Shown piece after piece: positions 9,737 to 19,395 of a DNA stretch of 64,000 nucleotides (position 1 is the stretch's first letter; each line of letters opens with the position of its first letter). The DNA lies in contig JAKATZ010000004.1 in NCBI GenBank assembly GCA_021827925.1, positions 13,956-77,955 of the forward strand, given 5' to 3'. The notes under the pieces were generated by a model. It did not search any database and was not told the origin of the DNA. It worked only from the letters and a program-made list of their open reading frames with translations. The position numbers and the translations under genes were made by a program. This DNA comes from Candidatus Micrarchaeota archaeon. GTDB lineage: Archaea > Micrarchaeota > Micrarchaeia > Micrarchaeales > CABMGC01.

Positions 9737-10649
9737 TCCCCATCAGCTTGCTTATGTTCTGCCCCAACGAATTTACGTTTATCACCCTCCCGCCAGCCTC
9801 AGATATCTTTGTTATGAGCTCGGGTATCTCCTCTACTGAAGAGACCTCTGCCTTAAGTATCCTGTCCGAAACCTTCGTCATTCTGACTCCCACAAGCCTC
9901 TTTTTCCATTCGTCTATCCTATTTGCCGTAGTTATTTCTATCTCAAGTTCCGATATCGATCCTAGCATCTCTCCTATCTCCCCGTATCTCAGCATTCTGC
10001 CCTTGTCTATCAGGAGGGCAACATTGCCTATCCTGAAAAGCTCCTCAAGCCTCTGTGTTGCGTAGAGTATTGTCGCGCCTCCTCGGGCAAGCCTGTTCAG
10101 CATGCCGTGAAGTCTCTCTGAAGATCTCTGGTCAAGAAAGGCACTCGGCTCGTCAAGCAGTATGACGCTCGGCCTGTTCATGAATGCCCTGCATAGCGCT
10201 ATCTTCTGCTTAGTGCCTCTGCTCAGCTCTCCAAGCTTCCTGTCCCTGTATTCCGAAGCGCCGAATGCACGCAGGAGCTTTCCAAGTTCCGCCTCGAAGT
10301 TCCTTATTCTGTAAAGCCTCGCAAAGAACTTCATGTTTTCGAAGCATGTCAGATCATCATAAAGCGCATAGTTTTCCCCGAGGAAAGAGACGCGCTCCCT
10401 CTTTACCGTATCCAGCGTGTAAGCGTCCTCTCCAAGGACCATCGTCCTTCCGCTTGTGGGCTTGTAGAGTCCTGCAATCATCTTCAGCAGCGTGCTCTTC
10501 CCAGCGCCATTTGGGCCAAGGACATTCACTATCTCTCCCCTTCCAGCCGAGAAGCTGACATCGGCAAGCGCCAAAGCGCTACCGAATGCCTTTCCAACGC
10601 CTTCGGCTACTATCGGATGCCTACCCTCCTCCCTTGTTATGCCTTCCAT
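9723..10649 (-). CDS. ABC transporter ATP-binding protein
   Basis: Walker A GPNGAGKSTLL, signature LSRGTKQK, Walker B ILLDEPS. Confidence 0.85.
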   Translation of the reverse strand: MEGITREEGRHPIVAEGVGKAFGSALALADVSFSAGRGEIVNVLGPNGAGKSTLLKMIAGLYKPTSGRTMVLGEDAYTLDTVKRERVSFLGENYALYDDLTCFENMKFFARLYRIRNFEAELGKLLRAFGASEYRDRKLGELSRGTKQKIALCRAFMNRPSVILLDEPSAFLDQRSSERLHGMLNRLARGGATILYATQRLEELFRIGNVALLIDKGRMLRYGEIGEMLGSISELEIEITTANRIDEWKKRLVGVRMTKVSDRILKAEVSSVEEIPELITKISEAGGRVINVNSLGQNISKLMGNADG

Positions 10650-11036
10650 CCCATCGGCACCTATTTTCCGCGTCCGGCAGACATGCTCATTCCTGTGTCA
10701 TTCTTCATCCCGCCACCCTAGTACTAGGTAAACTGAATATTATTTAAAACAGTGAGCGGAAATCCTGGATTCCGGGGTGCCGAATATCTAAAGACATGAC
10801 ATAAACGCACAAACAATGTACATGTGTGGTAATTGCCCAAATGGACGGTAAGTCCTGATTCACTGAAGCCTCTAAAAAGGCAAGAATCGAAGTACCATAA
10901 ATTGATGCGCCTCACCGACGCGGCGATTGCATGAATTCAGAAGAAACCCGCGTCTTTCGCCGGTGCTGCAGTGTCACAAACGTCGCATTACAACCGCACG
11001 CATCGATTTTCTCCCTCGGTGCGCAATACTAAGGTA

Positions 11037-11068
11037 AAACACATAAGTAGCAATACTTATAAGTGTTT
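11037..11068. repeat. Imperfect 32-nt palindrome in the long spacer upstream of lonB
   Basis: AAACACATAAGTA-GCAA-TACTTATAAGTGTTT. The arms pair with a 2-nt bulge. Confidence 0.5.
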
Positions 11069-11295
11069 TTGTACAAAACTGTTTCATGCGTTTAGAGTAA
11101 TCTACTTATCTTCCCCACCCTCTAAACGCTACCTTTTATAACTTTCCTGTAGCCGAGCTTAGGTATAATTTTTCATGCGGTTTTACGGGAACGACCCTCT
11201 TTCTGCACGCAATCCACAAAAACAAAAGCCTTCTAGATTCGCATAGAATCATAGAATGATATATAAAGATTAAAGCAAGAGTAGAATCAGATACG

Positions 11296-13296
11296 ATGAA
11301 AAAATTCAAAACGACTGACGACATAAAACTGCCAGCCAAGCTCATTGATCAAGTCATAGGCCAGAAGAAGGCAGTGGAAATAACGCGAAAGGCGGCAAAG
11401 CAGCATCGCAACATACTCCTCATAGGGGATCCAGGCACGGGAAAGACTATGATAGCGCAAGGCATAGCAGAGCTCCTTCCCAGCACCGACTTGGAAGATG
11501 TACTTGTGTACAGGAATCCGAACGATGAAAACAAGCCTATGGTCAAGGAGGTGCGTACATATCCGAACAAGCCCGAGACTGGGAAGCCCCTTCCCGACGG
11601 GCAGGGCAGGCAGATAATCCAGAAGGAGCGCCTCAAGAACAGGGTAGACCCATCGAAAAGCAGGTCAAGCATAATGCCAATAATAGCCATAATTGTAGTG
11701 CTTCTTCTTGCAGTATCGTTCTCCAGCCTTGTCCATGGATACCAGGTAATAGTGATTGGGGGATTGATCCTCGGCGTATTCATCTTCGGCTCAGCTGCAC
11801 TTCTTGTCGGAGGATTTCGCAGAGTCGGGGGCATACTTCCCGGTGCTTTCGAGTCAAATGAGCCGAAACTCATAATAGACAACACGGGACAGACGCACGC
11901 TCCGTTCGTTGATGCAACAGGTTCAAAGGCCGGGGCGATGTTCGGAGATGTCAAACATGACCCTCTGCAGTCCGGCGGTCTCGGGACGCCTCCGCATCTC
12001 AGGGTAGAAAGCGGCGCCATACACAAAGCAAACAAAGGGGTCCTCTTCATAGACGAGGTTGCTGACCTCGATCCCAGGTCGCAGCAAGAGCTGCTTACTG
12101 CGATGCAAGAGAAGAAATATTCGATAACAGGGCAGAGCGAGCTAAGCTCAGGCGCCCTAATACGAACGGAGCCGGTGCCTTGCGATTTCCTTCTTGTTGC
12201 TGCAGGAAATCTGCAGGACATAAATAAGATGCATCCTGCCCTGCGATCAAGGATAAGGGGATATGGGTATGAAGTCTACATGGAATCGTCCATGCCTGAC
12301 ACAGGTGAGAACCGTGACGAGATCATAAAGTTTATCGCTCAGGAAATACGAAAGGACGGTAAGATACCTCCTTTCGATTACGAAGCCTGCATGGTCCTGC
12401 TTGAAGAGGCGAAGCGCAGGAGCGGAAGGAAGAACAGGCTTACTTTGATACTGAGAGATCTGGGTGGCCTTATAAGGGCAGCAGGGGACATAGCAGTAGA
12501 CTCCAACCGCAAGGTGGTCACGAAGAAAGACGTATACGATGCCATGGAACTTTCAAGGCCTATAGAAGCACAGTACGTAGCGCAGGCGATAGAATACAGG
12601 AAGGATTACAAGATCTTCCGCACCAGTGGCTTTGCCATAGGGAGGGTGAACGGCCTTGCTGTTGTAGGGTCATCATACCTTTCGGCCGGCATAGTGCTTC
12701 CGATAGTCGCTGAGGTAACTCCTGCCAGCTCGAGGACTGAAGGAAAGCTAATACCGACTGGGAAACTCGGAAAGATAGCACAGGAAGCGGTAAAAAACAT
12801 CAGCGCGATAATAAAGAAGCACATGAAGAGAGACATAGCGAGCTACGACATACATGTGCAGTTCCTGCAGACGTACGAAGGCGTCGAAGGGGACAGCGCC
12901 AGCATCTCCGTGGCTGTCGCTGTCATATCCGCACTTGAAGGCATACCTGTCGATCAGGAAGCAGCGATGACCGGCTCGCTCTCAGTGCGCGGCGAGGTTC
13001 TGCCTGTTGGCGGCATATCCAACAAGATACTGGCTGCAATCGAAGCAGGAATGAAGTACGCCCTTATACCTGAGAGCAACTACAAGGACATAAATATAGA
13101 TAAGTCCAAGCTGAAAAAGATAAAGGTGATACCAGTAAAGAACATAGCCGATGTCCTCGAATACGCTCTTAAGAAGAGCGCAAGGAGGGACGAGATGGTG
13201 CATCACCTGCGAAGGTATATGACTGGCGATTCCCGCGAGAGGCAGCCTCTTGTTGCAGAGCTGGCCGCTGATGCGAGGAATGCCGAAGTTTTGTGA
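11296..13296 (+). CDS. lonB: Archaeal membrane-bound Lon protease (LonB)
   Basis: Walker [10 protein letters not shown], a TM insertion within the AAA+ module, Walker B LFIDEV, and a Lon protease domain with [10 protein letters not shown]. Confidence 0.9.
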   Translation: MKKFKTTDDIKLPAKLIDQVIGQKKAVEITRKAAKQHRNILLIGDPGTGKTMIAQGIAELLPSTDLEDVLVYRNPNDENKPMVKEVRTYPNKPETGKPLPDGQGRQIIQKERLKNRVDPSKSRSSIMPIIAIIVVLLLAVSFSSLVHGYQVIVIGGLILGVFIFGSAALLVGGFRRVGGILPGAFESNEPKLIIDNTGQTHAPFVDATGSKAGAMFGDVKHDPLQSGGLGTPPHLRVESGAIHKANKGVLFIDEVADLDPRSQQELLTAMQEKKYSITGQSELSSGALIRTEPVPCDFLLVAAGNLQDINKMHPALRSRIRGYGYEVYMESSMPDTGENRDEIIKFIAQEIRKDGKIPPFDYEACMVLLEEAKRRSGRKNRLTLILRDLGGLIRAAGDIAVDSNRKVVTKKDVYDAMELSRPIEAQYVAQAIEYRKDYKIFRTSGFAIGRVNGLAVVGSSYLSAGIVLPIVAEVTPASSRTEGKLIPTGKLGKIAQEAVKNISAIIKKHMKRDIASYDIHVQFLQTYEGVEGDSASISVAVAVISALEGIPVDQEAAMTGSLSVRGEVLPVGGISNKILAAIEAGMKYALIPESNYKDINIDKSKLKKIKVIPVKNIADVLEYALKKSARRDEMVHHLRRYMTGDSRERQPLVAELAADARNAEVL

Positions 13297-13305
13297 GGCG
13301 GTAGC

Positions 13306-14406
13306 ATGCCAAAAGATGAAAAGCCGGACAAGAAGATAGAAGACCTTGGCGAGGGAATAGTGAAGGAGATACGCTCCGGCAAGAGCCCAAGCTTTGTCAC
13401 CCTGGCAAGAACCCGCTCCAACGTGCTTTACGATCAGAAGAAGGGTTATCTAAAGCTCGGCACCGCACAGGAGGAGAGGAACTTCATAAACGTGGCGCAG
13501 TCCAAGAGGTTCATGCAGACCATCGCCATAGCCTCAAAGTGCCACAGATTCGTGAAGGAAAATCTGCACACGACCATAAGGGGACTTTTCTACCAGCTGA
13601 AGTTCTCCCTCGGCGAAGATGTCGACGAGAACGTATTCAGCGAACAGTCAGAGTCAAATCCGCTCATAGAGGACCTTGAGGTGGCGCTTGATCTGAAGCG
13701 CGAGAACCTGAACCTCAATGCCAACCGTAAGGGAGTGCTGGCCGGCAACATGCGCATAATAGACACCTTTGGCAATGAAAAAATAGAGATAGACTGCGCG
13801 AAGCAGGGAAGAAGCGGATGGGCCATACCTAGCGATGTCGACAACGACATAGAATTTGTCGACATAAAGGCAAAGTACGTGATAGTCGTAGAGAAGGACG
13901 CACTCTGGCAGAGGCTTAACGAGGACCTTTTCTGGAAGAAGGACAACGCAATACTGATAACACCACAGGGCCAGGCAGCACGAGGTACAAGGAGGCTGAT
14001 ACGCAAACTATCCGAAGAAGGGCTTCCTGTATACGTTTTCACCGATTCGGATGCGTGGGGATGGTACATCTACTGGACGATAAAAACCGGCAGCATAAAT
14101 CTCGCGTACATAGGCGAAGACGTAGCGACCCCCAGCGCCAGGTTCATAGGCGTCACTATGTCGGACCTTGACAATTACGAATTCCTGAACAAGCTCACAA
14201 TAAACGCAAGCGATGTGGACCTCAAAAGGGCGCAGGAGATGCTTAACTACGAATGGATAAAGAGGCACAAGGCATGGGGGACGGAGCTTGAACGTATGAT
14301 AAAATCGCGCAAGAAGATAGAGCAGGATGCGCTTCAAGGCCCCCGGCTAACATTCGTTGATGATTACATACGCGACAAGATAAAGCGGGAGGATTTCCTT
14401 CCTTGA
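13306..14406 (+). CDS. top6A: DNA topoisomerase VI subunit A (Spo11 homolog)
   Basis: Active-site Tyr region IRGLFYQL. Toprim motifs VIVVEKDALW and FTDSDAWGWYI. Confidence 0.9.
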   Translation: MPKDEKPDKKIEDLGEGIVKEIRSGKSPSFVTLARTRSNVLYDQKKGYLKLGTAQEERNFINVAQSKRFMQTIAIASKCHRFVKENLHTTIRGLFYQLKFSLGEDVDENVFSEQSESNPLIEDLEVALDLKRENLNLNANRKGVLAGNMRIIDTFGNEKIEIDCAKQGRSGWAIPSDVDNDIEFVDIKAKYVIVVEKDALWQRLNEDLFWKKDNAILITPQGQAARGTRRLIRKLSEEGLPVYVFTDSDAWGWYIYWTIKTGSINLAYIGEDVATPSARFIGVTMSDLDNYEFLNKLTINASDVDLKRAQEMLNYEWIKRHKAWGTELERMIKSRKKIEQDALQGPRLTFVDDYIRDKIKREDFLP

Positions 14407-14416
14407 TGTGTTTCTG

Positions 14417-15775
14417 ATGGCCGAAGAGTACTATGAACCCGGAAAAACCCAGGTGCCCAGGGAGACCGTTCTCCAGTCATCCGGTGCAGGTGCAGCATAC
14501 GGTAAGCCTGCGCAACAGCCGAAAACCCCTACTCCAGAGGCACACGCTGCTGAGAGAACAATGCTCATGCAGAAAATAGGGATAGTTATCGTGGTTGCGA
14601 TCGCGATACTTGTGGTAGTGGAATTATACCATCCCCTGAACTTCACCTATTCAATATCCTTCTATTCTCTGCCTGCGAGGATAGGGAGCAGCTTTGTATA
14701 CAAGAACTCCACTGATGTCACTAACCTGCTAAAGTCTTCTAACGGGGCAGCTGTGATAAAAAACTCTTTCATAGCAGTGGGCCAGGCAGTATATGTTAAT
14801 GCAAGCTCGGAAAATTCATCGGAAGACATTCTTGTGCTATACAAATACCTCTTCGTTAACGGCTCCGTTGCCAGTTCAGCATTCCGCAATTCCTCGCTAC
14901 AGGGCTACGCATCAACTGTCGGTGCAACTGCGAATTCCATAGTTCTGCCAGACAATGTCATAGGTTCTTACCTTGTTATACCTCCTCATCCGGAGTACAT
15001 CTCTGGAAATCCTGTTTACATCCAGTATCAGAACGGGACCCAGGTGCAGGCAATGACCTCCCCAATCTATATGCTAGAAGTCCAGAGCCTCTACAGGAAC
15101 ACTGTTTCCATAGCATCACACCTGCGAGTAGGCGCAGGGTTTAATGTAACCGACGATGCAGGTATACTGGCTCAAGTGCTTAGCATTGCAAACAATGACA
15201 TAGTTATAACTTCCCGCTCTTCGCCTGCGACAACGACCTCAAATACCAAAGCTCAAGCGAGCACCAATGGCACCATCAGCACTTCGACAACAGCGCCGAC
15301 GGCTCCTACTGCTGCATCTTCAAGCAACTCCTATCCAACGTCCGCTACCGTTTCCTCTACAACGAGCATTCCGCACCCTACATCCGCAGTAACGTCTGCC
15401 GTCTCAACAACTGAATCGACAAGCATTACGCCATCAACTTCTACATCGACCTCATCAGCAACAACAACTATCAGGGCCGCAACAGTCACCATCTCTACGG
15501 ACAATGCGAACGCGGGCGAGGTGCAGGCATATGTTTATGCAAACGGCAGACTGGAGTGCGACGCGACGTTCTCCTGCGCGGCTAAGACGGAAAGCATAGA
15601 ATGCCCTCTGGGTGCCACCCTCACAATCCAGGCTGTGCCTGGAGCGGGGGGCTGCGGAAGCAGCAACGCATCTGTAAGCTGGGCATGTACCGGACCCGGA
15701 TGCTATTCCGGCAGCAACGCCGAAGCGTCATTTATCCTCACCGGTGACGTGAGTGAAACTGCAACATTCCACTAG
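14417..15775 (+). CDS. Membrane-anchored extracellular protein with Ser/Thr-rich linker and Cys-rich C-terminal domain
   Basis: One N-terminal TM (IGIVIVVAIAILVVV), many NxS/T sequons, a roughly 110-aa S/T/A-rich tract and a C-terminal domain with 8 Cys. The ATG at 14417 is preferred over the GTG at 14408. Confidence 0.5.
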   Translation: MAEEYYEPGKTQVPRETVLQSSGAGAAYGKPAQQPKTPTPEAHAAERTMLMQKIGIVIVVAIAILVVVELYHPLNFTYSISFYSLPARIGSSFVYKNSTDVTNLLKSSNGAAVIKNSFIAVGQAVYVNASSENSSEDILVLYKYLFVNGSVASSAFRNSSLQGYASTVGATANSIVLPDNVIGSYLVIPPHPEYISGNPVYIQYQNGTQVQAMTSPIYMLEVQSLYRNTVSIASHLRVGAGFNVTDDAGILAQVLSIANNDIVITSRSSPATTTSNTKAQASTNGTISTSTTAPTAPTAASSSNSYPTSATVSSTTSIPHPTSAVTSAVSTTESTSITPSTSTSTSSATTTIRAATVTISTDNANAGEVQAYVYANGRLECDATFSCAAKTESIECPLGATLTIQAVPGAGGCGSSNASVSWACTGPGCYSGSNAEASFILTGDVSETATFH

Positions 15776-15832
15776 TGCGATGCATACTTTCAAAACCAGG
15801 ATGTGCCTGCCGTTGCTTCCAATCCAATTGTG

Positions 15833-16807
15833 TTATGACTGTTTGCCTGAAAGCGCAAGGCCCGCAAGCATCGCTTCAAGCTGTATCCTATCGTTTGCGC
15901 CCTCGACGATCCTGAAGTTGCATTCCCCAATGCTGCCTATTAGCTTGAGCTTGAGGTTCTGCTCTATCTGCATGTTCAGTGCCTCCCTGTAGCACTGTAT
16001 AAGTATATCCTCTCCGCTCATTCCGTGCGATAGTATGAGCGTGTTGAGCTCAGTCCTTGCCTTCTCGAAATCTCCCGTCACCGCGTACCTGAGCATGGCC
16101 ACTATCTCCTTCGGGCGCGCCCTTGCCGCCACGTCATACACTGCAGCTTCGGTAACCTTTCTCTCGGTGGCAGCTGCGCTCTGCATGACATTGGTAAGCT
16201 TCCTCAGGTCTCCCTCGCTTACGTATATCAGCGCCTCTGTCGCTTTCCCGTCAACATCGAGCCCCTCCCCTCCTGCCACCCTGCTTATATACTCCTTCAT
16301 GCGCTCATCGGTGAGGTGCTTGAACCTCAGCACGATGCATCTGCTCTGTATGGGTTCTATCAATTTGCTTGAATAGTTGGCGCTAAGTATGAATCTTGTC
16401 GTTGCGGAATAGCGCTCCATCGTCCTTCTGAGTGCGTGCTGCGCCTCTGGAGTGAGTGCATCTGCCTCATCAAGGAAGACTATCTTTACCATACCTCCCG
16501 AGAGCGGTATCGTCCTTGCGAACTCCTTTACCTTTCCGCGTATAACATCGATTCCCCTCGTGTCGCTTGCATTAAGTTCCAGAAAAGCCTCTGCGATAAC
16601 GTCCCCGTAAAGTTCCTTGGCCATCGCTATCGCCGAAGTAGTCTTTCCTACTCCGGCCGGCCCGGCAAATATCATGCTTGGGAAGTTCTTGACCTTCACG
16701 AAAGCACTCAGCCTGGATATTATAGCCTCCTGGCCTATAACTTCGTCAAGCTTGGTGGGCCTATATTTTTCCGTCCATGAAAGGTCAGCATCGTCCATAT
16801 CCTCCAC
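15833..16807 (-). CDS. rfcS: Replication factor C small subunit
   Basis: EKYRP box, Walker A GPAGVGKTT, DEADALT, SRC motif (QSRCIVLRF). Confidence 0.9.
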   Translation of the reverse strand: MEDMDDADLSWTEKYRPTKLDEVIGQEAIISRLSAFVKVKNFPSMIFAGPAGVGKTTSAIAMAKELYGDVIAEAFLELNASDTRGIDVIRGKVKEFARTIPLSGGMVKIVFLDEADALTPEAQHALRRTMERYSATTRFILSANYSSKLIEPIQSRCIVLRFKHLTDERMKEYISRVAGGEGLDVDGKATEALIYVSEGDLRKLTNVMQSAAATERKVTEAAVYDVAARARPKEIVAMLRYAVTGDFEKARTELNTLILSHGMSGEDILIQCYREALNMQIEQNLKLKLIGSIGECNFRIVEGANDRIQLEAMLAGLALSGKQS

Positions 16808-16978
16808 ATCCTAGGATACGGCAGCAGTTTGTGGGACTGTAGCCTTCCCTAAAGCGCGCCGCAAGCCTCTGGATATAAAGTAACAACCAAAATATATTAA
16901 TGTTGTGCTGCTTGTCTAACGAGGTAAATGCGGTTATGCCTGGCATGCGTTTGCTGTGCGCATCCCCGCATCCCACCG

Positions 16979-17413
16979 CTAAAGCATGTGGGATTTCCCG
17001 CTCACTTTGTTAAGCTCGTTGTGCAGCTTGAGTACCGCTTCAACGCTCTGTTCCGAATACTGCGTTATCCTTGCTTCCGCCTGCTCCCATGTGATCCCCG
17101 GACCCATGACTCCGAGGCCGATAGGTTTCCCGCTCTGCAGCGAAAGTTCTACGATCGCCCGCGAAAGCTGATTTGCGATGAGCTCATCGTGCATGGTTTC
17201 CCCCTTTATCACCGCACCTACCGTCGCAATACCATCGACATCCTCCCTTTCGAGAAGCTTCTTTATCATGATCGGCATGTCGAAGGCACCCGGCACCACC
17301 GCTTCGGCGACAACCTTGATGCCTAGCTTCTTTGCATGCTCCCTTGCCCTCACAAGCATCTTGTCCGTTATCTCGTCATTGAATTTCGACTGCACTATTG
17401 CGATTGATATCAT
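16979..17413 (-). CDS. ribH: 6,7-dimethyl-8-ribityllumazine synthase
   Basis: IAIVQSKFN...VPGAFDMP...VGAVIKGETMH matches lumazine synthase motifs. Confidence 0.85.
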   Translation of the reverse strand: MISIAIVQSKFNDEITDKMLVRAREHAKKLGIKVVAEAVVPGAFDMPIMIKKLLEREDVDGIATVGAVIKGETMHDELIANQLSRAIVELSLQSGKPIGLGVMGPGITWEQAEARITQYSEQSVEAVLKLHNELNKVSGKSHML

Positions 17414-17417
17414 ACAA

Positions 17418-17936
17418 TCAAATCTTCAAAGGCCCCTCGTCGGCCCTTCCCTGTCTCCTTCCCGTGCCTGCCCTCTCCCTGAGCCTTTTCTGGTCGAATA
17501 AGAGCATAAGGGCGTTCTCGGCATGCTTTCTTGCCCTGTCCTTGCATATGCCTGCCAGTTCGGTATCGCTTCCCGCCTCGTCCATGTGCACGAAGACTTC
17601 CAGTATGTGCTTCCCTTCCGATAGCTGCACTGCCTGCAGTCCGAGACTGGCTTCGTGCGAGCACTGTTTGTCTATCGGCATCCTGCCCACCATTCCGCAC
17701 GCTATCACTATATCGCATCCCTTGCCGAAGAGGATCTTGCACCCTACTGGGAGATCCTTTATGCCAGGCACGGTGTAGCGCAACACCTCGATCTTCTGAT
17801 CATTCTTCTCAAGCACGTCAAGCACTGCTTGTGCGTAGTCGAAACGGGAGAATGTCGTATCCGCAAATCCTATCCTCTTCAGAAAATCACGCAAATTGTA
17901 AAGTTGCTTACTCGGAGGCTCCTTCACATACGCCAC
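17418..17936 (-). CDS. ribC: Archaeal-type riboflavin synthase (MJ1184 family)
   Basis: IGFADTTFSRFDY...VPGIKDLPV...ACGMVGR matches the archaeal riboflavin synthase family. It lies immediately upstream of ribH. The N-terminal 20 aa are uncertain. Confidence 0.75.
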   Translation of the reverse strand: MAYVKEPPSKQLYNLRDFLKRIGFADTTFSRFDYAQAVLDVLEKNDQKIEVLRYTVPGIKDLPVGCKILFGKGCDIVIACGMVGRMPIDKQCSHEASLGLQAVQLSEGKHILEVFVHMDEAGSDTELAGICKDRARKHAENALMLLFDQKRLRERAGTGRRQGRADEGPLKI

Positions 17937-17949
17937 GTCAAAGCCGAGA

Positions 17950-18022
17950 TAGCCCCAGCCAGATTCGAACTGGCGTTACCGGGTTCAGAGCCCGATGTCC
18001 TTGACCACTAGACTATGGGGCT
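17950..18022 (-). tRNA. tRNA-Gln (anticodon CUG)
   Basis: Manual cloverleaf: acceptor AGCCCCA/TGGGGCT, anticodon stem TCGGG/CCCGG with loop CTCTGAA, T arm GCCAG-TTCGAAT-CTGGC. CCA is not encoded. Confidence 0.85.
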
Positions 18023-18122
18023 ACTCTATACCAATCTCAATTAATGATTAATAAGCTTTCCATCACCGCGTTGCGTATGTAATGACTCGTTTTCACCGTC
18101 ATTCCATTAAGGCCGTTGGCAT

Positions 18123-19256
18123 TCAGAGCAGTAGAATGCCATAGATGAAAAGAGCTGCAGATATTATTACTGCGATCATGTCAAGAAGAGACAGGAGGCG
18201 GAGCTTCCTGCGGAAGAAGGGATATGCTAACACGGGGATTAGTAACGATAGGTAGAGTGCAATAAGCGATGGATACAGTGTTATATTGTAGAATCCACGA
18301 GGATCGATAAGGCTGATCGAAGCGAAGAACATGAAAAACAGCGATATCCAGCCTGTTGACTTGCGTACAGAGATCTCAAGCATTGAATGGAGTAGTCTGC
18401 TTAGTGCAAAGAACTCTGCGATTACAAGAGAAACTATGCTCACTATTATGAGGATCCCCAATGCATTTGAGAATGCCGCTGGTGCATACTTCATGGAGAG
18501 GGCAAACCCTGATTGATATGCGGAATAGGAACCCGGTGAGGCGGGGACCGATGGATGCACTGCAGCCCATATTGCCAGGAGCATCGATACGGTGGCCACT
18601 GAGATCACTATTGATGGACCTATGCGCTTCCTGGCGTCTTTAGCCTCACCCCCGAGATATAGGGGCAGGCTGGAACATACTAAAAGAAGAGAGAATGAGA
18701 AGCTGGCGCTTATTGATTTCGCAGGCATCGCATTCCACATGTAATGCATGGCTGAGGGAGCATGAATATAGAAGACCATGCCCACCACAAAAAGAAGCTG
18801 TATCGCCGCGCCGATGGTGAGAACAGAGAGACTCACGCGCTTGTCAAGCAGCATGAGAAAGCAGATCATGGCAGGCAGAAGGATGCCAAGCAGATACAAG
18901 TATATCGCAGGCAGATTGAAGATAGAGGGCAGCAGGTAGAACAGAATGTATGACAGGGTGTATGGGAGGTAGAGGAAATAGCTGAACGCCCATGCCCATC
19001 CCTGCAGCTTGGCCGCTTTCTTCCCGGCTGCCCTGTACACGAATTCGTACATGCCGCCAGGCGAGGAGATGGACTCCGAGTACCTATACCATATGTACAT
19101 AGGGAACAGGAAGACGAAAAAGCCCGTGAGTACAACAGCCCATTGGGGAAATGTGGACGCGCCGAAGTTAAGGTATACAGCAGCCAGAGCCAGTGGTCCG
19201 CCTACCGAACTCATGGCGAAACCGAGCAGTAAAGTGTAGGAAATCTTTCTTTCCAT
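18123..19256 (-). CDS. APC-superfamily amino acid/polyamine permease
   Basis: About 11-12 TM helices. The N-terminus MERKISYTLLLGFAMSSVGGPLALAA is typical of APC permeases. The ATG at 19256 is preferred because the track start at 19379 would read through a hairpin cluster. Confidence 0.55.
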   Translation of the reverse strand: MERKISYTLLLGFAMSSVGGPLALAAVYLNFGASTFPQWAVVLTGFFVFLFPMYIWYRYSESISSPGGMYEFVYRAAGKKAAKLQGWAWAFSYFLYLPYTLSYILFYLLPSIFNLPAIYLYLLGILLPAMICFLMLLDKRVSLSVLTIGAAIQLLFVVGMVFYIHAPSAMHYMWNAMPAKSISASFSFSLLLVCSSLPLYLGGEAKDARKRIGPSIVISVATVSMLLAIWAAVHPSVPASPGSYSAYQSGFALSMKYAPAAFSNALGILIIVSIVSLVIAEFFALSRLLHSMLEISVRKSTGWISLFFMFFASISLIDPRGFYNITLYPSLIALYLSLLIPVLAYPFFRRKLRLLSLLDMIAVIISAALFIYGILLL

Positions 19257-19287
19257 TGTTACTCCATAAGGCATAATTAGCCTAGAG

Positions 19288-19376
19288 TATACCCCAACCC
19301 CTTGGGGTGGAGATACAAATATCGAAGAGTGCTTTGCAGAATGCAAAGATACCCAACCGCTTGCGGTGGGGTTATT
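19288..19376 (-). promoter_or_regulatory. Cluster of three stem-loops between the nuclease stop and the permease start
   Basis: Three palindromes: CCCCAA-CCCC-TTGGGG (19292-19307), CTTTGCA-GAA-TGCAAAG (19332-19348) and ACCCAACCGC-TT-GCGGTGGGGT (19351-19372). The first and third are sequence-related. Confidence 0.3.
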
Positions 19377-19395
19377 CATTGGAAGCTTCTTGAAT

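Noticed and set aside
10840-10960. RNase P RNA-like strings (GACGGTAAGTCC resembling GAGGAAAGUCC, and CATGAATTCAGAAGAAACCCGCG resembling the AGAUGAAUG...ACAGAAxCCGGCUUA region).
   Set aside because: The two segments cannot form the P4 helix, because AAGTCCTG has no complementary CAGGACTT downstream. Spacing and order of the other conserved regions do not fit either. The region is kept only as a generic ncRNA candidate.
11349-12221. 290-aa ORF antisense to lonB.
   Set aside because: It lies entirely within the strongly supported lonB CDS on the opposite strand. Its composition is Ser/Pro/Arg/Cys-rich and low-complexity, typical of antisense frames.
17410-18011. Several 110-157-aa ORFs in other frames or strands over ribC and tRNA-Gln (17410..17742, 17531..18004, 17655..18011).
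   Set aside because: They overlap the motif-supported ribC CDS and the tRNA, and their Arg/Pro/Cys-rich shadow compositions argue against coding.
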